A DNA stretch of 64,000 bases from Raja brachyura (Eukaryota), in the NCBI GenBank assembly GCA_963514005.1, contig OY740794.1, positions 41,974,001 through 42,038,000 of the forward strand, written 5' to 3'. Below the pieces are notes generated by a model. The model did not search any database. It saw only the letters and a program-made list of their open reading frames with translations, and was not told the origin of the DNA. Positions 25,800 to 37,209 of the stretch are shown here, one piece after another (the first letter of the stretch is position 1; every line of letters begins with the position of its first letter). A program made the translations under genes and the position numbers.

Positions 25800-26765
25800 G
25801 TGGGAAGTTTGCAGCACCACTGAGGGAATCACAGAGCCCTCACTATGTCTGGTGCTGTCAGCCATTATCAAGTACATTGGCTGCAAATTAGTTTCAGTAA
25901 GGCTGGGCACCTCAGGAGAAGACTAAACTGAATCATCCCCCTGGGATTTTCTTGTTAAAGATGTGAGCAAATATTTTAGCTTTGTCTTTGGTATGAACAT
26001 ACTGGGCCATGAGATCAATGTTCAAGGGTAACTTCCTGAAACTTGCTCTTCCTGTTACATATTTAATTGTCCGCTGGGATTCATTGCTGAATTTGGCAGG
26101 GATGCAGTGATTTTATTTGACTCATTCATTATCGGATTACTCGGCTCCATCTATTATCATGCATGTGGTCCTTTGCTGCCTCCTCACCAGGCTGACAGCT
26201 CTGCTTTTGTTTTTTTTCTGGTATACTCTACAACTTCCATCAAACCAGGACTGGCCCTGTGGCATCGAGATGCTATTAGAGTGAGGTCACAGGTTATGGT
26301 GGGATGCAGTTCTGGATCTGATGAAAACCAAAAGCACTCTTGAATTCCCAGTTTAGAGTTGCTAAATCTGTTATGAGCTTCTCCTATTAAATGGTGGTGA
26401 TGCAAAATTCATGAAGGATGTCCTCGGTGTAAGCTTGGCTTAACAAGAACTGCACAGTAACTGTTTCTACACAAACCTTTAAAGGTGCATTGATGTCAAG
26501 TTGATTGATGACAAGGTCAAGTTGTTTTTTTTTATTCCCTTGAACTGGGTTTCTTATCATTGGAATCAGACCAATTCTGGTAACTGTATGCTTCATATCT
26601 TGGCCACCTTGCTAACACACTTCTTTTGGTAATGGACTTTAAAATCCTCCACTCAAAATACATTATGTCTTGTTGATACCATCAGTGCTTAATCCATGTG
26701 TTATTAAATGCGGCGGAGAATTGATTCATCACCAGAGGGAGAACGGTAGGTGGCAATAATGGACA
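25800..26765 (-). mobile_element. Old LINE endonuclease-region relic
   Basis: IIATYRSPSGDES and NPVQG..QLDLVIN-like APE motifs on the minus strand. Confidence 0.5.
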
Positions 26766-27619
26766 TTTTCGTTCTTATTCTTAATCAGACACCCTGATCT
26801 GATAAGCCAGGTTTTTCTTTAAGTTGAAGCAAATGGTTGGGAAAGAAATGATAACTAGCGTCAAGGAACATTAAACGTGCAGCAAACAGGTTTTTGCTAT
26901 TTCTCATCCAGGAAGGGGTTTCTAATAATGCAGCATTCCCTTGATGCTGCAACTGAGAGTTAGTCTTGATTAGATGTTTAAGTCATTGAATGAAGTCTCC
27001 AGCAGATGTCCTGCTAATTTAGATACCAAATTAATGGAGCCCAGCTAATGGTTGGGCTCCAGAAGCTGTAAATTAAGTAACTCATTCAGATCAATTTAAT
27101 GACCACTGTCTAAGAAATTCCATTTTGTTTAATTTGTACAAAATTATGCTCTCTTCATGGGGCACTGCATTGCCATCAAGTTAAGGATTTTTCACAGTCA
27201 ACTCGCTTTCGGAATCATTCACACTGTTGCACAGCAAACAGGACCTATGTCATTCCCGCACCAGCAATCTCTGCATTACTTTGTATTCATAATGTGTTCC
27301 GCTTCTAAGATAATGTTCTTAATCTCCAAGGATATCACTCAACATCTTTGACTTAAGGACATTGCTTTCGATCTGCCTTGAAAGACAGGGTTCAGATGAT
27401 GATGGATGTTTAATTAATGCCAGCCATTCACATTACAAATGTTATCCAACCCTGCACAGCCAATTTAAGTGAAAAATAATTGTTTCTTCTGCAGGAATAC
27501 TGCTACCTTTACCATGTTCTATGCACTTATGTGCAATTCTGGAAAAGGATTGTTTTGGAGGCTGAAAGTGCAACCAGTTGCAAGAGACTGATTTTACAAA
27601 TAAATCTTTGCCAAAAACA

Positions 27620-27888
27620 GGCAGCGCAGTGGTGTAGCTGATAGAGCTGCTGCCTCACAGTGCCAGAACTCTATCTCTTTTATTCTCACCTAAGATGCTG
27701 TCTGTATGGAATTTGCACATTCTCCCCATACCACATGGGTTTCCTTCAGCTGCTCCGGTTTCCACCCTCATCGCAAAGACGTGAAGGTTTGTAGGTTAAT
27801 AGAACAAGTGTGAACTGGTGATTGGTGGTCCGCATGGACTCAGTGGGTTAAAGTGCCTGTTTCCATGCTGTATCTTAAGCTAAACTAA
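27620..27888 (+). mobile_element. V-domain SINE
   Basis: ggcagcgcagtggtgtagc..agagctgctgcctcacag head, V-domain, (ctaaa)n tail. Confidence 0.82.
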
Positions 27889-29429
27889 AAAAAATCAGCT
27901 TGATGGCGTTTAAATGGCATCAACTTTATTAAACAGTCTTAAAATTCTCAAAAAACAGTAAAATTGAAGGCAAATAGTAATTTATGATTGGTTAGACAGG
28001 CAATTCGCACTTCTTTGTTTCATTAAGTAGAAATGTATCTTTCTAAGTGACATGTTTATGCTATCCAATAAAAATATTCAAATTAAAACCTATACCACTA
28101 CATAATAATTTAATTTAGTTTAAGCTCAGAATGCAGAAACAAAATTGCAATCCATGTTCACTTCCGAATTAATTTCCTATCACAAAATCATAAATATTTG
28201 ATCCGTGTACGATTGGTCACAGATGAGAATCAAATGAGTAGGCCAGAAAATAATTAGGCTTTATGCTCAGTGACCCGTCTCTGCATACGGATGAAGAAAT
28301 CATTTTTCACAAAGGAGGTTCATAACTGACCCTGCCGTGAATTCAGCTGTGGGTAATGGGTATTTGAATCCATCCCTTTTTGATAGCTGCAGCTGCATTT
28401 CTGCCCCGTCTTCAGAAATAACACAAAGGTTTGGCTTCTTCCTTTTCTTCAGGGTGCACTATAAATAGAGTCGTGACGTTCTGCTTCTTTGACTTGTGTT
28501 CACCGAGGACTCAGATTATCAGCAACTAGTTTTTCCAGCAAAACAATTTAACCAATGCCTGGAAATAGTTTGGCATCTCAAGAATTGGACAAATAGGGGG
28601 GGAAGGAAGAATTCTACTGAATTTTTCAGCAGCTTTATGAAATCCAGATTACGCATCCAGGTAAATTAAGGTAAGGTAAATGATTCTAAACGGGTGAAAC
28701 TATATTTCCTTTTTCGAAGATAATGTAAATATTTCTAGAGCAGTCCTTGTGATAATTTGTTTGCAAAAACCTTCGGGGAAGAGAAAGAGCCGGATCATCA
28801 TTCTGACACGACTTGCAAGTACTGAGGTGGCGTATTTCATCTTTACTTACATCTGGATTGAACAATGCTGTAGTTAATTGCACTTATTCAGTCGCTGACC
28901 AGCAGAACGCACTCTGAAGGCATTGAGATCTTGAAGGCAGTGCAGTGAGGAGGAACAAAGCTGATACCCAGCATTAGGCAACTGCATTAGAAAGCAGGTT
29001 AGAGAAGCTGAATGTCTTCTATCTTGAAAGGTAATTAAGGCAGTTTCAGTTAGAGTAGATGGAAATAGTAAACCTAGGTCATTGCTTCCTATTGAAAAGT
29101 TGAACTATAAGTGTTAGAAAAGGTTGCGACTATAACGGCATGTTGTGTAATTCATGACTGTGTTCACTACAATTGTCTTAAATGCTCAGTATCTGAATCC
29201 ATGTGATGGAATCTAATTGGAATCCATGATCTCTGCTGCACTTATCTGACCTTTAAGCACAGCAGGGAACAGGATTAATTTGTCTCCTTCGCTCACCCAT
29301 CAGTTTATGTCTCCATAACTTGAAGAGACCCACTTACATAGATGCCCAATCACTTTTAACGTTCATTTGAAATTATCTGAGGCATGTATAATTCACATGC
29401 TGACCTAAGTCAGACCAACATCCTTCATT

Positions 29430-30212
29430 ATCATAAGATCATAAGATCATAATTGTTAGGATCCGAATTAGGCCGACCGGCCTATTGAGTCTACTCCGCC
29501 ATAGATCATGGCTGATATATCTCTCCCTCCTAAACCCATTCTCCTGCCTTTTCCCCATAATCTTTAACACCTGTACTAATCACAAATCTATCTATCTCTG
29601 CCTTAAATATATCCACTGACTTGGCTTCCACAGCCTTCGGTGGCAAAGAATTCCACAGATTCACCACCTTCTGACTAAAGAAATTCTTCCTCCTTCCGAA
29701 AAGAACATTCTTTAATTCTTAGGCTATGACGTCTAGTCCTAGACTCTCCCACTCATGGAAACATCCTCTCCACATCCACTCTATCCATGCTATTCACTAT
29801 TCTGAATGTTTCAATGAGGTCCGCCCTCATTCTTCTAAACTCCAGTGAGTACAGGCCCAGTGTCATCATATGTTAACCTACTAATTCCTGGGATCATTCT
29901 TGTAAACTTCCTATGGACCATCTCCAGAGCCAGCACATCCTTCCTTAAATATGGTGCCCAAAATCGCTCACAATATTCCAAATGCGGCCTTACCAGTGCC
30001 TTATAGAGCCTCAGCATTGCAACCCCATTTTTGAAAACGAGCTCTCTCAAAATAAATGCTAGCATTGCATTTCCTTTCTTTACTACCAATTGGACTTGCA
30101 GATTATCTTTTGGGGAATCCTACACCAGCACTCCCAAGTCTCTTTGCACCTCTGATTTCTAGATTCTCTCCCCATTTATAAAATAATCTATGTCTTTAAT
30201 CCTACTATCCAA
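29430..30212 (-). mobile_element. CR1 3' fragment
   Basis: LRLYKALVRPHLEYCERFWAPYLRKDVLALE; (tcataaga)n tail. Confidence 0.88.
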
Positions 30213-30400
30213 ACAAATACTAATCATAATGTTCTCAATTGTTACTATGACTGTCAATATAGTATCATTAATCCCCCTTGAGTGGAACTTCCATTCAACA
30301 ATGCATTTCAACCTCTTCATTCTCCAACTCCTGCTCATAGATAATGCCCAATCATCCCTTGCCTCCTGGCTTCAAAGACGAAGAGGAACTATATCTTTGT

Positions 30401-30535
30401 TCAAGAAGGAACTGCAGATGCTGGAAAATCGAAGGTAGACAAATGTGCTGGAGAAACTCAGCGGGTGCGGCAGCATCTAAGGAGCAAAGGAAATAGGCAA
30501 CGTTTTGGGCCGAAACCCTTCTTCAGACTTCTTCA
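30401..30535 (-). mobile_element. Penelope-derived short element with 15-bp TSD
   Basis: TSD gaactatatctttgt at 30386-30400 and 30536-30550; hammerhead-like motif at its 5' end. Confidence 0.82.
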
Positions 30536-30624
30536 GAACTATATCTTTGTCAGAAGTCACCATCTTCAGCATCTCAAACCCCAATGCAATATTCCTTATC
30601 CTGTGGCAATTGAACCATTGACCT

Positions 30625-30976
30625 CATCTCATAGAGGTACATAAGATCATGAGATAATTAGATAGGGTAAATACCCAGAGTAGAGTAGGGGAATCAGGAA
30701 CTAGAGGACATAGATTGAGGTGAGGGAGGAAAGATTTAAATGGGACTTAAGGAGCAACGTTTTTGTAGTTATGTGGAAAGGGCTGCCAGAGGAGTTAGTT
30801 GAGGCAGGTATTATCACAATGTTCAAGAGACATTTTGACAGGTACATGGATAGGAAAGGTTTAGAGGGACATGGACCATACGCAGGCAGGTGGGATAGTG
30901 TAGATGGGGTATCTTGGTTAGTGTAGGGTTGGGTCTAAGGCCTGATTCCACGCGGTATGACTCTAATGCTCTATGA
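30625..30976 (+). mobile_element. CR1 3' fragment
   Basis: WKGLPEELVEAGIITMFKRHFDRYMDR. Confidence 0.78.
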
Positions 30977-31109
30977 CACCATGACCTGAATGAACATTTT
31001 GGGACTGTTACCTCTCATAACTTTGATGTGAAAAGCAGAATAAATTTGATTTAAAACCTGAGCTCTGTTTCTCTTTCTATAGATGTTGCCCGACTTGCTG
31101 AAAATTGGA

Positions 31110-31362
31110 CCATTGTGGTCTCCATCTTTCCTTGATCATTGCTACTGGCTTTAATCTGTCTTTTTACAAATCTTTCATGAATTGTTCTATGTACCTCTTT
31201 CTTATCTCTCGTTCCCCTCTCCCCTGACTCTCAGTCCGAAGAAGGGTCTCTACCCAAAACTTCACATATTCCTTTTCTCCAGAGATGCTGCCTGACCCGC
31301 TGATGTACTCCAGCTTTTTGTGTCTACAGTGTAAACCAGCATCCACAATTCCTTCCTACACA
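31110..31362 (+). mobile_element. Penelope 3' UTR fragment with degenerate hammerhead
   Basis: cagtccgaagaagggtctctacccaaaac...gatgctgcctgacccgctg. Confidence 0.72.
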
Positions 31363-31550
31363 TCAGTGATCTCATGTGGACAAAGTCAGCACACACATTC
31401 TGTCTTCCTGCACCCATTCCTCCATTTACCACATCCTCATCACCAGTCAGCTAATTGAGAGATAGGTGTCCTGATGAACATTAAGAGGTCCTACTTGGAT
31501 TTACGACTCAGATATTCCAAAATTCACATTCATGTCACACCCTACACACA

Positions 31551-34500
31551 TTTTACTTCGGAGTCACGTGAGTGACTACGTGAAGAAGACCCCGCCTGGC
31601 GCTGGAACGGCATTACGTCGACGCTATCGGCAAAGGAAGAGCTGCAGAGCGCAGCTCCAGCACAGCGGTAAGGAAACGGCCCGCAGGTAAGTAAAATTAT
31701 TTTACTTCCAGGGCGTTTTCTTAAAACTCCGTAGGCTGGTAGGAAACCAGCAGGAGTTTAAATAAAAATAAAAATTAAAAATGTTTAAAAAAAAAAAAAT
31801 CGCGGGTAAAACGTGCGTCCCGGGGTGTAAAAAGTCGGGACAGCAGACTATTGCGGAGCCGGTTCCGATACCGGTGGCCGATTGAAATACCCATTAGGGA
31901 GCCTTTAGTTGCTCCACAAACAAAACTTGAAAACCCAGTGCCTAAAAAGTAAAAAGAGGCTTGAAAGGCCTGAGGTTTCTAAAAGATCCTGTAAGGTAAG
32001 CCTAAAATTGGCTAAGTATGGATCTAATGGAGGAAATACTCCAAATTATATCAACCAAGGGTCTAAGTACCCAGAATATTCCCAGGCAGCCCCTGAGGGG
32101 GTTCCATATCGTGAATATGGTGCCAATTCGAATTGGGAATTTGAAACCCCAGTGCCTGGGTATGGACTGGAGGAAGTCTCCTTGAACGAGTTTCAGGAGT
32201 ACCAGGGCTGTATGAGACAGACCCTGAAAGTGGTGTTTGTGGTCAGAAGTACCCACCACAATGCAAATCCAGGTGTGTCTGAGGGGCACAAAGTTACTAT
32301 ACCTGGTGGAGGCGGTGAGGCCATGGAAGGAACCTGGCGGCCAATGTTAATTATATGGTCTCTCACCTGCCTCAAGAAGCTGTTATGGTTGAAACAGCAG
32401 ATTTGCATTTAAACATGTGCTCGCTTCGGCAGCACATATACTAAAATTGGAATAATACAGAATATAAGAAACATTAGGATGCGCAAGGATGACGCAAATG
32501 CATGAAGCATTCTAAAACACCTTTAAGAAGGTACCTGGTAATCCGGGTTTTGGGCGCCAATGTCAGCAATTATGCGGGCGCAGGAATTACGATTAAAAGA
32601 ATCCTCAAACTAATTGGCATCACTGTCTTTTAAGACAAGCTGGGAAGTTGTGGAATGACTAAAGTTCAGAATGAAACAAAATATGTTAGGTTTATTCTGC
32701 AAACTCATTTGAGTTAAATTATATAAATGGAAGATTGCCATTCGGCCTCTTTTACATCCAAAGATTTACAGGACAAGCAATGTTCAAACTCCTGGTTATT
32801 GATTCGGAGAAAATCTGTTTAAGCAAATTAAGTATGGATGAAGGGGAAGAAACCCTTCAGTTGGCCAGTAGGCTGGTCGTATGGAAAAGGGATTTGATTT
32901 GAGCCGAGGCAGGAGTATGATAAGGAAGAATTTCCAGCCAGCAAATCGCTTCTTGGCTTTTTGGCTAAGATTAAGCATGGTATCTGTTCTTATCAGTTTA
33001 AATCTGATACGTCCCTTATCTAGGGACCATATATTAAATAAAATAACGAATGTACACCCATATTTTGGGTAAGGAGGTAATTTCGTCAAACAGTTGGAGA
33101 GGTACAAAACTTAATCCTATTAAAGAAGGATGTTTGGATGAACCTCAGATTGGTGGTAGACTCCAAATGTTGATGATGAAGAGGTATGGATCCATTGGGA
33201 CACAATAACCTTATCATTCTTCATGTTTATAGTCTTGGAATAATTCAAATTGACAAAGACGTAAGAATTTGTGTGAGGAAGGAGGTATTGAGAAACAGGA
33301 AAGGATCCACAACAATTGTATCAAATTTTTTCCCCAGGCCATAGAAGATGGGGTTGTACAATCATGTTAGATCTCACACAATTAAATATATTGTCCAGTA
33401 AAAATTTTTAAAATGGACACATTCAACACTGCAATACAGCAGGTATCAACAGGTGGTTATATGGCTACAATAAATTGAAGAGATGCATATTTCGGTCCCA
33501 ATTCACCATAATTTCGTAGGTAATTAAAGTTTATGGATGAGACAGTTTGTGGTACTACAAGCTTTGCCTTTAAGGATTAAGCCAGCATTTGCACTGCCTT
33601 AGGCACAAAAGTACATCGTTATGGCTTATCTAGATGACATTTAATTGTCAATGCTAATCAGGAGCCAGGTGGAAAATTAGTCTCAGCAACTACAAGTTGT
33701 TTGAGAAGTTGGGTTCCTGATCCATCCAACAAATCTAAGTTACAGCAATCCCAAACCATTGAATATCTGGGGTTTGAGATTAACTCAGTTACCATGTTGG
33801 TAACTTTACCAATGGATAAGTGTTGGATTTGACAAATGTGTGTCAAGACTTGATTTACAAACCTTATCCCTCCATCCGAGAGGTTGCCAAGGTTATTGGT
33901 AAATTGGCAGCAGCATTTCCAGACAGTAGAGTTTGGTCGTCAACATTACCAAAATCTTCAAAGGGCAAAAACTCAAGCGCTTATTCAGCGAGCAAGCCAT
34001 TTGATAGGCCAATGCAATTGCCTAAGGGAACTTTATCAGAATTACATTGGTGGATTGAGAATGTTCCATAAGCTGCTAAGAACTTTGTAGTTCATCAGCC
34101 AGTAGTGTTTTTGCAAAATGACGAAGTTCTCTCGGAGGGGGGGGGGGGGGGGGAGGGGGGGGGGGGGCTACGGATAATGAGACCAGCTGTAGAGGCCGAT
34201 GGGCTGTCCAAGAGGATTTATTGTTCCAAACATATGGTATTAATTATTTGGAGCTCTTGGTAACATTTTATGTATTAAAAGATTATTGCCTTCATTAAAG
34301 GATTTGCATGTCCAAGTACAAATAGATTATACCACAGCTGTGGCATATATCAATCACATGGGTGGTGTCAGATCAATATCATGTGATCATCTGGTAACCA
34401 GATGTGGCAATGGTGTATGGCAAAAAATATTTGGCTTTCAGCTATTTATCTCTCGGGGAGAGACAATGTTGTGGCAGACAAAAGATCACGAATATTTAAA

Positions 34501-36463
34501 GACAATACAGAATGGATGTTAATCCACAAAATTTCAAAATATTGTCAGTCGGTATGGAGTACCGGACATTGATCTGTTTGCATCTAGATTGAATCACCAA
34601 TTGCCCAAATACGTGTCTTGGGGAACACGATCCAGGGGCAGTAGCGGTGGATGTTTTCTCGCTACACTGGGGAATTTGTTCTTTTATGATTTTCCCCATT
34701 CTGTCTCATTGGGCAATGTCTCAATTAAAAGCGCAAGACGCTGTCGAAGGCAATTTTGGTGGTGTCAGATTGGCCCACGCAGTCATGGTTCCCATTGATG
34801 CTAATATGATTATTGAACCATGTATGACAATTCCCAGTTGCGACAATCTGTTGACACAACCAGTAACAAAAGGAATTCATCCATTGCATGATCATATGTA
34901 TTTGTTAATCTGCAGGTTCTGACCAGACCATTGCAAGAGTTGTACTGTGGGACAGGACCATGGATGTTATAGTTGCAGCTTGGAGGAATAGCACTATAAC
35001 AATATAAGTCGCATACAAGGAAATGGGAAGTTGTACACAGTCAAAGATATCTTATTCATACTGCAAACATTTCAAATGTATTAGAGTTCCTTGCTGGGTT
35101 ACAGTTTGATGAGCATTTGAGTTATAGTGCCATTAATTGTGCTCGTAGTGCATTGTCATCCTATTTAGGACAAATTTCAGGTCGGAATTCAGTTGGGTCT
35201 CGCCCATTAGTATCCCGATTCATGTAAGGAATTTCAATAAAAATCATCCTAAAACCCATATATACAGGGATTTGGGATGTTAGCATTGTTCTCACTTTGT
35301 TTAAACAATGGACTCCAATTAATTCAATGTCTTTGCAGAAATTAACATTCAAGGTGGTAAAGTTAATGGCATTGGTATCAGCTCAAAAAGAGTACAAGCT
35401 TTGCAGTTGTAACGGTTGGATTGCATGCATGTGACTACAGATAACATTATGTTTTATGTTTATGACTTGATCAAACAAAGCAGACCAGGAAGAACTGGAA
35501 TGAAGGTAATGTTTAAAGCATATCCTATTGATGAAACATTGTGTGTGGTTAAGCATTTAACTCAATACATTGAGGTAACCAAAATCTCAGAGGTTCTGAG
35601 AAAGTGTTATTAATAACACACAAAAAGCCACATACAAAAGGTTTAGTTCAAACTATTTCTGGATGGTTTGTGTCTAGCAAGAATAGATACTGATGTGTTT
35701 AAATTTCACTCCACTAGGACGGCAGCTACGTCCGTGGCAAAGGTACAGGACATGCTACTCGATAAAATTTAGAGGCCGCAGGGTGGTCTAGAGAAGAGAT
35801 TTTCAAAGTTCTAGAATAAACCTGTTGTCGCGGTGCCAGGTTTGGACACACAGTAATGGGTTCTCTTTAATGCTTGCTTTGTTTTATATTATCGATTTAT
35901 ATTATCGATTTATGTTACCATTGACAACATTTATCAATTTATTTTGTAATTTTCCCCTAAGATAGAGGGGTTATTATTAAAAAATTGTTCTTTTTTATGC
36001 TTGAAGGACTTATTACATAAATTGTAACAATGTCCTAAAAATACTATTTACTCACTACTGTTTTGACTAAACAGAGTCGTATGAAATGAATTTACGACAT
36101 GAAAGACACAGAGCTTCAAAATCTTCACGTAGCCACTCACGTGACTCCGAAGTAAAATAGTGAGATTAAACGAGAACTTACCAGTTCGAAGTTTGATCTT
36201 TATTTTATGAGGAGTTACGATGAGGGATTACGTGCCCTCCACTCCCAACCCTCATAATGTAAATGATCATCTGGTAGTTCTAGTCTATTTTGAGCCTTAC
36301 TATTTTACTTCGGCTATTGGTTTCTGTGTTTTTCATGCCGCTGCTTTGAAGTATGCCGTTCCAGCGCCAGGCGGGGTCTTCTTCACGTAATCCCTCATCG
36401 TAACTCCTCATAAAATAAAGATCAAACTTCGAACTGGTAAGTTCTCGTTTAATCTCACTATTT
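31551..36463 (+). mobile_element. Full-span DIRS1-type retrotransposon (ITRs and ICR intact; gag, RT/RNase H, MT and YR all disrupted)
   Basis: Left ITR 31577-31613 is the exact reverse complement of 36353-36389. ICR 36122-36234 is complementary to both outer ends. Termini are TTT. YLDD at 33627-33638; PDIDLFASRLNHQLPKYVSW (MT); LMALVSAQ and HSTR..A, AAGWS (YR). Confidence 0.95.
32417..32512 (+). pseudogene. RNU6: U6 snRNA-derived pseudogene inside the DIRS gag region
   Basis: gtgctcgcttcggcagcacatatactaaaattggaa equals U6 nt 1-36. Downstream gcgcaaggatgac..gcaaat..tgaagc.ttc matches the U6 3' half. The ACAGAGA box and central region are disrupted. Confidence 0.92.
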
Positions 36464-36529
36464 ATACTTCCAGACATCCCAATATACAATCTCATACTCA
36501 CAAAGTAACAGATTGGTTTCAATACTAGC

Positions 36530-36850
36530 CTGCTAGCTGAAGTCCTAGATAATAATCTGGGAAATTGGGTTCAAATCACACTAAGAAGGACGACTTTAAT
36601 TAATTTAATTGAACAATTTCAAATTAAAAAGGCCAAAATCAGTAATAATGGCAATTAAATAGCTAGATTGCTGCAAAACCCATTTGGTTTCATCATAGAT
36701 TTTGAGAAAGAACATGTACCATCCTTGCCCGCTGTGGTCTTGACTCTTGTCTCATAGGCCTTAATTGAAGGTGAATGGCCATGCAGTTCAAGTTAATTAG
36801 TCATCAGTAATAATTACATTTGCTTGAAATGCCTTAGCCCAAGAACATCA
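36530..36850 (+). mobile_element. Old tRNA-derived SINE (second family)
   Basis: gggttcaaatc B-box-like motif, aaaacccatttggtt core; similar to 38680-39035. Confidence 0.55.
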
Positions 36851-37209
36851 CTGAGCTAAACACTGTGTCTCCCCAACATGTAATTCAGCAGATGCAGAAA
36901 CCTTTTTCCACCTGTGACAAGTAGTTTTTGTAATCCATTTTCTGTCCATGGTGAATGTTTGTTATGGTTAACAGGAGTTTGCAATGGGCAGTAATATCTG
37001 CTGAATCAATTGAAAGTTGTTTAGTGTCTTGAGTTACAACCTGAGAGCAAAGTATGCAAGTTCTTTCACAGCCTTATTGTGCCTTTTAGATAATGAAACA
37101 TCTTTACAAAGTCGAGAGATGTGTTCCTTGCTGTAGAATGCTAGAGTTGTTCAATGGCTTGTAGGAGGGAATGTTATGCTTTACCCGTATCCCATCTCTG
37201 ACTTTTCTC

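Noticed and set aside
29012-29036. SMAD2/3-like start (MSSIL) before a splice donor
   Set aside because: Only five residues match, and SMAD2/3 continue PFTPP in the same exon.
31684-31712. Intron in the DIRS 5' region (cag|gtaagt ... ttccag)
   Set aside because: The donor is a perfect consensus but the nearest acceptor gives only ~25 nt. Splicing to a distal acceptor is possible but unsupported by the sequence alone.
32380-32416. Functional U6 gene with octamer ATTTGCAT at 32401
   Set aside because: The octamer is at -16 rather than about -220, there is no recognisable PSE or properly spaced TATA, the ACAGAGA box is broken and there is no T-run terminator.
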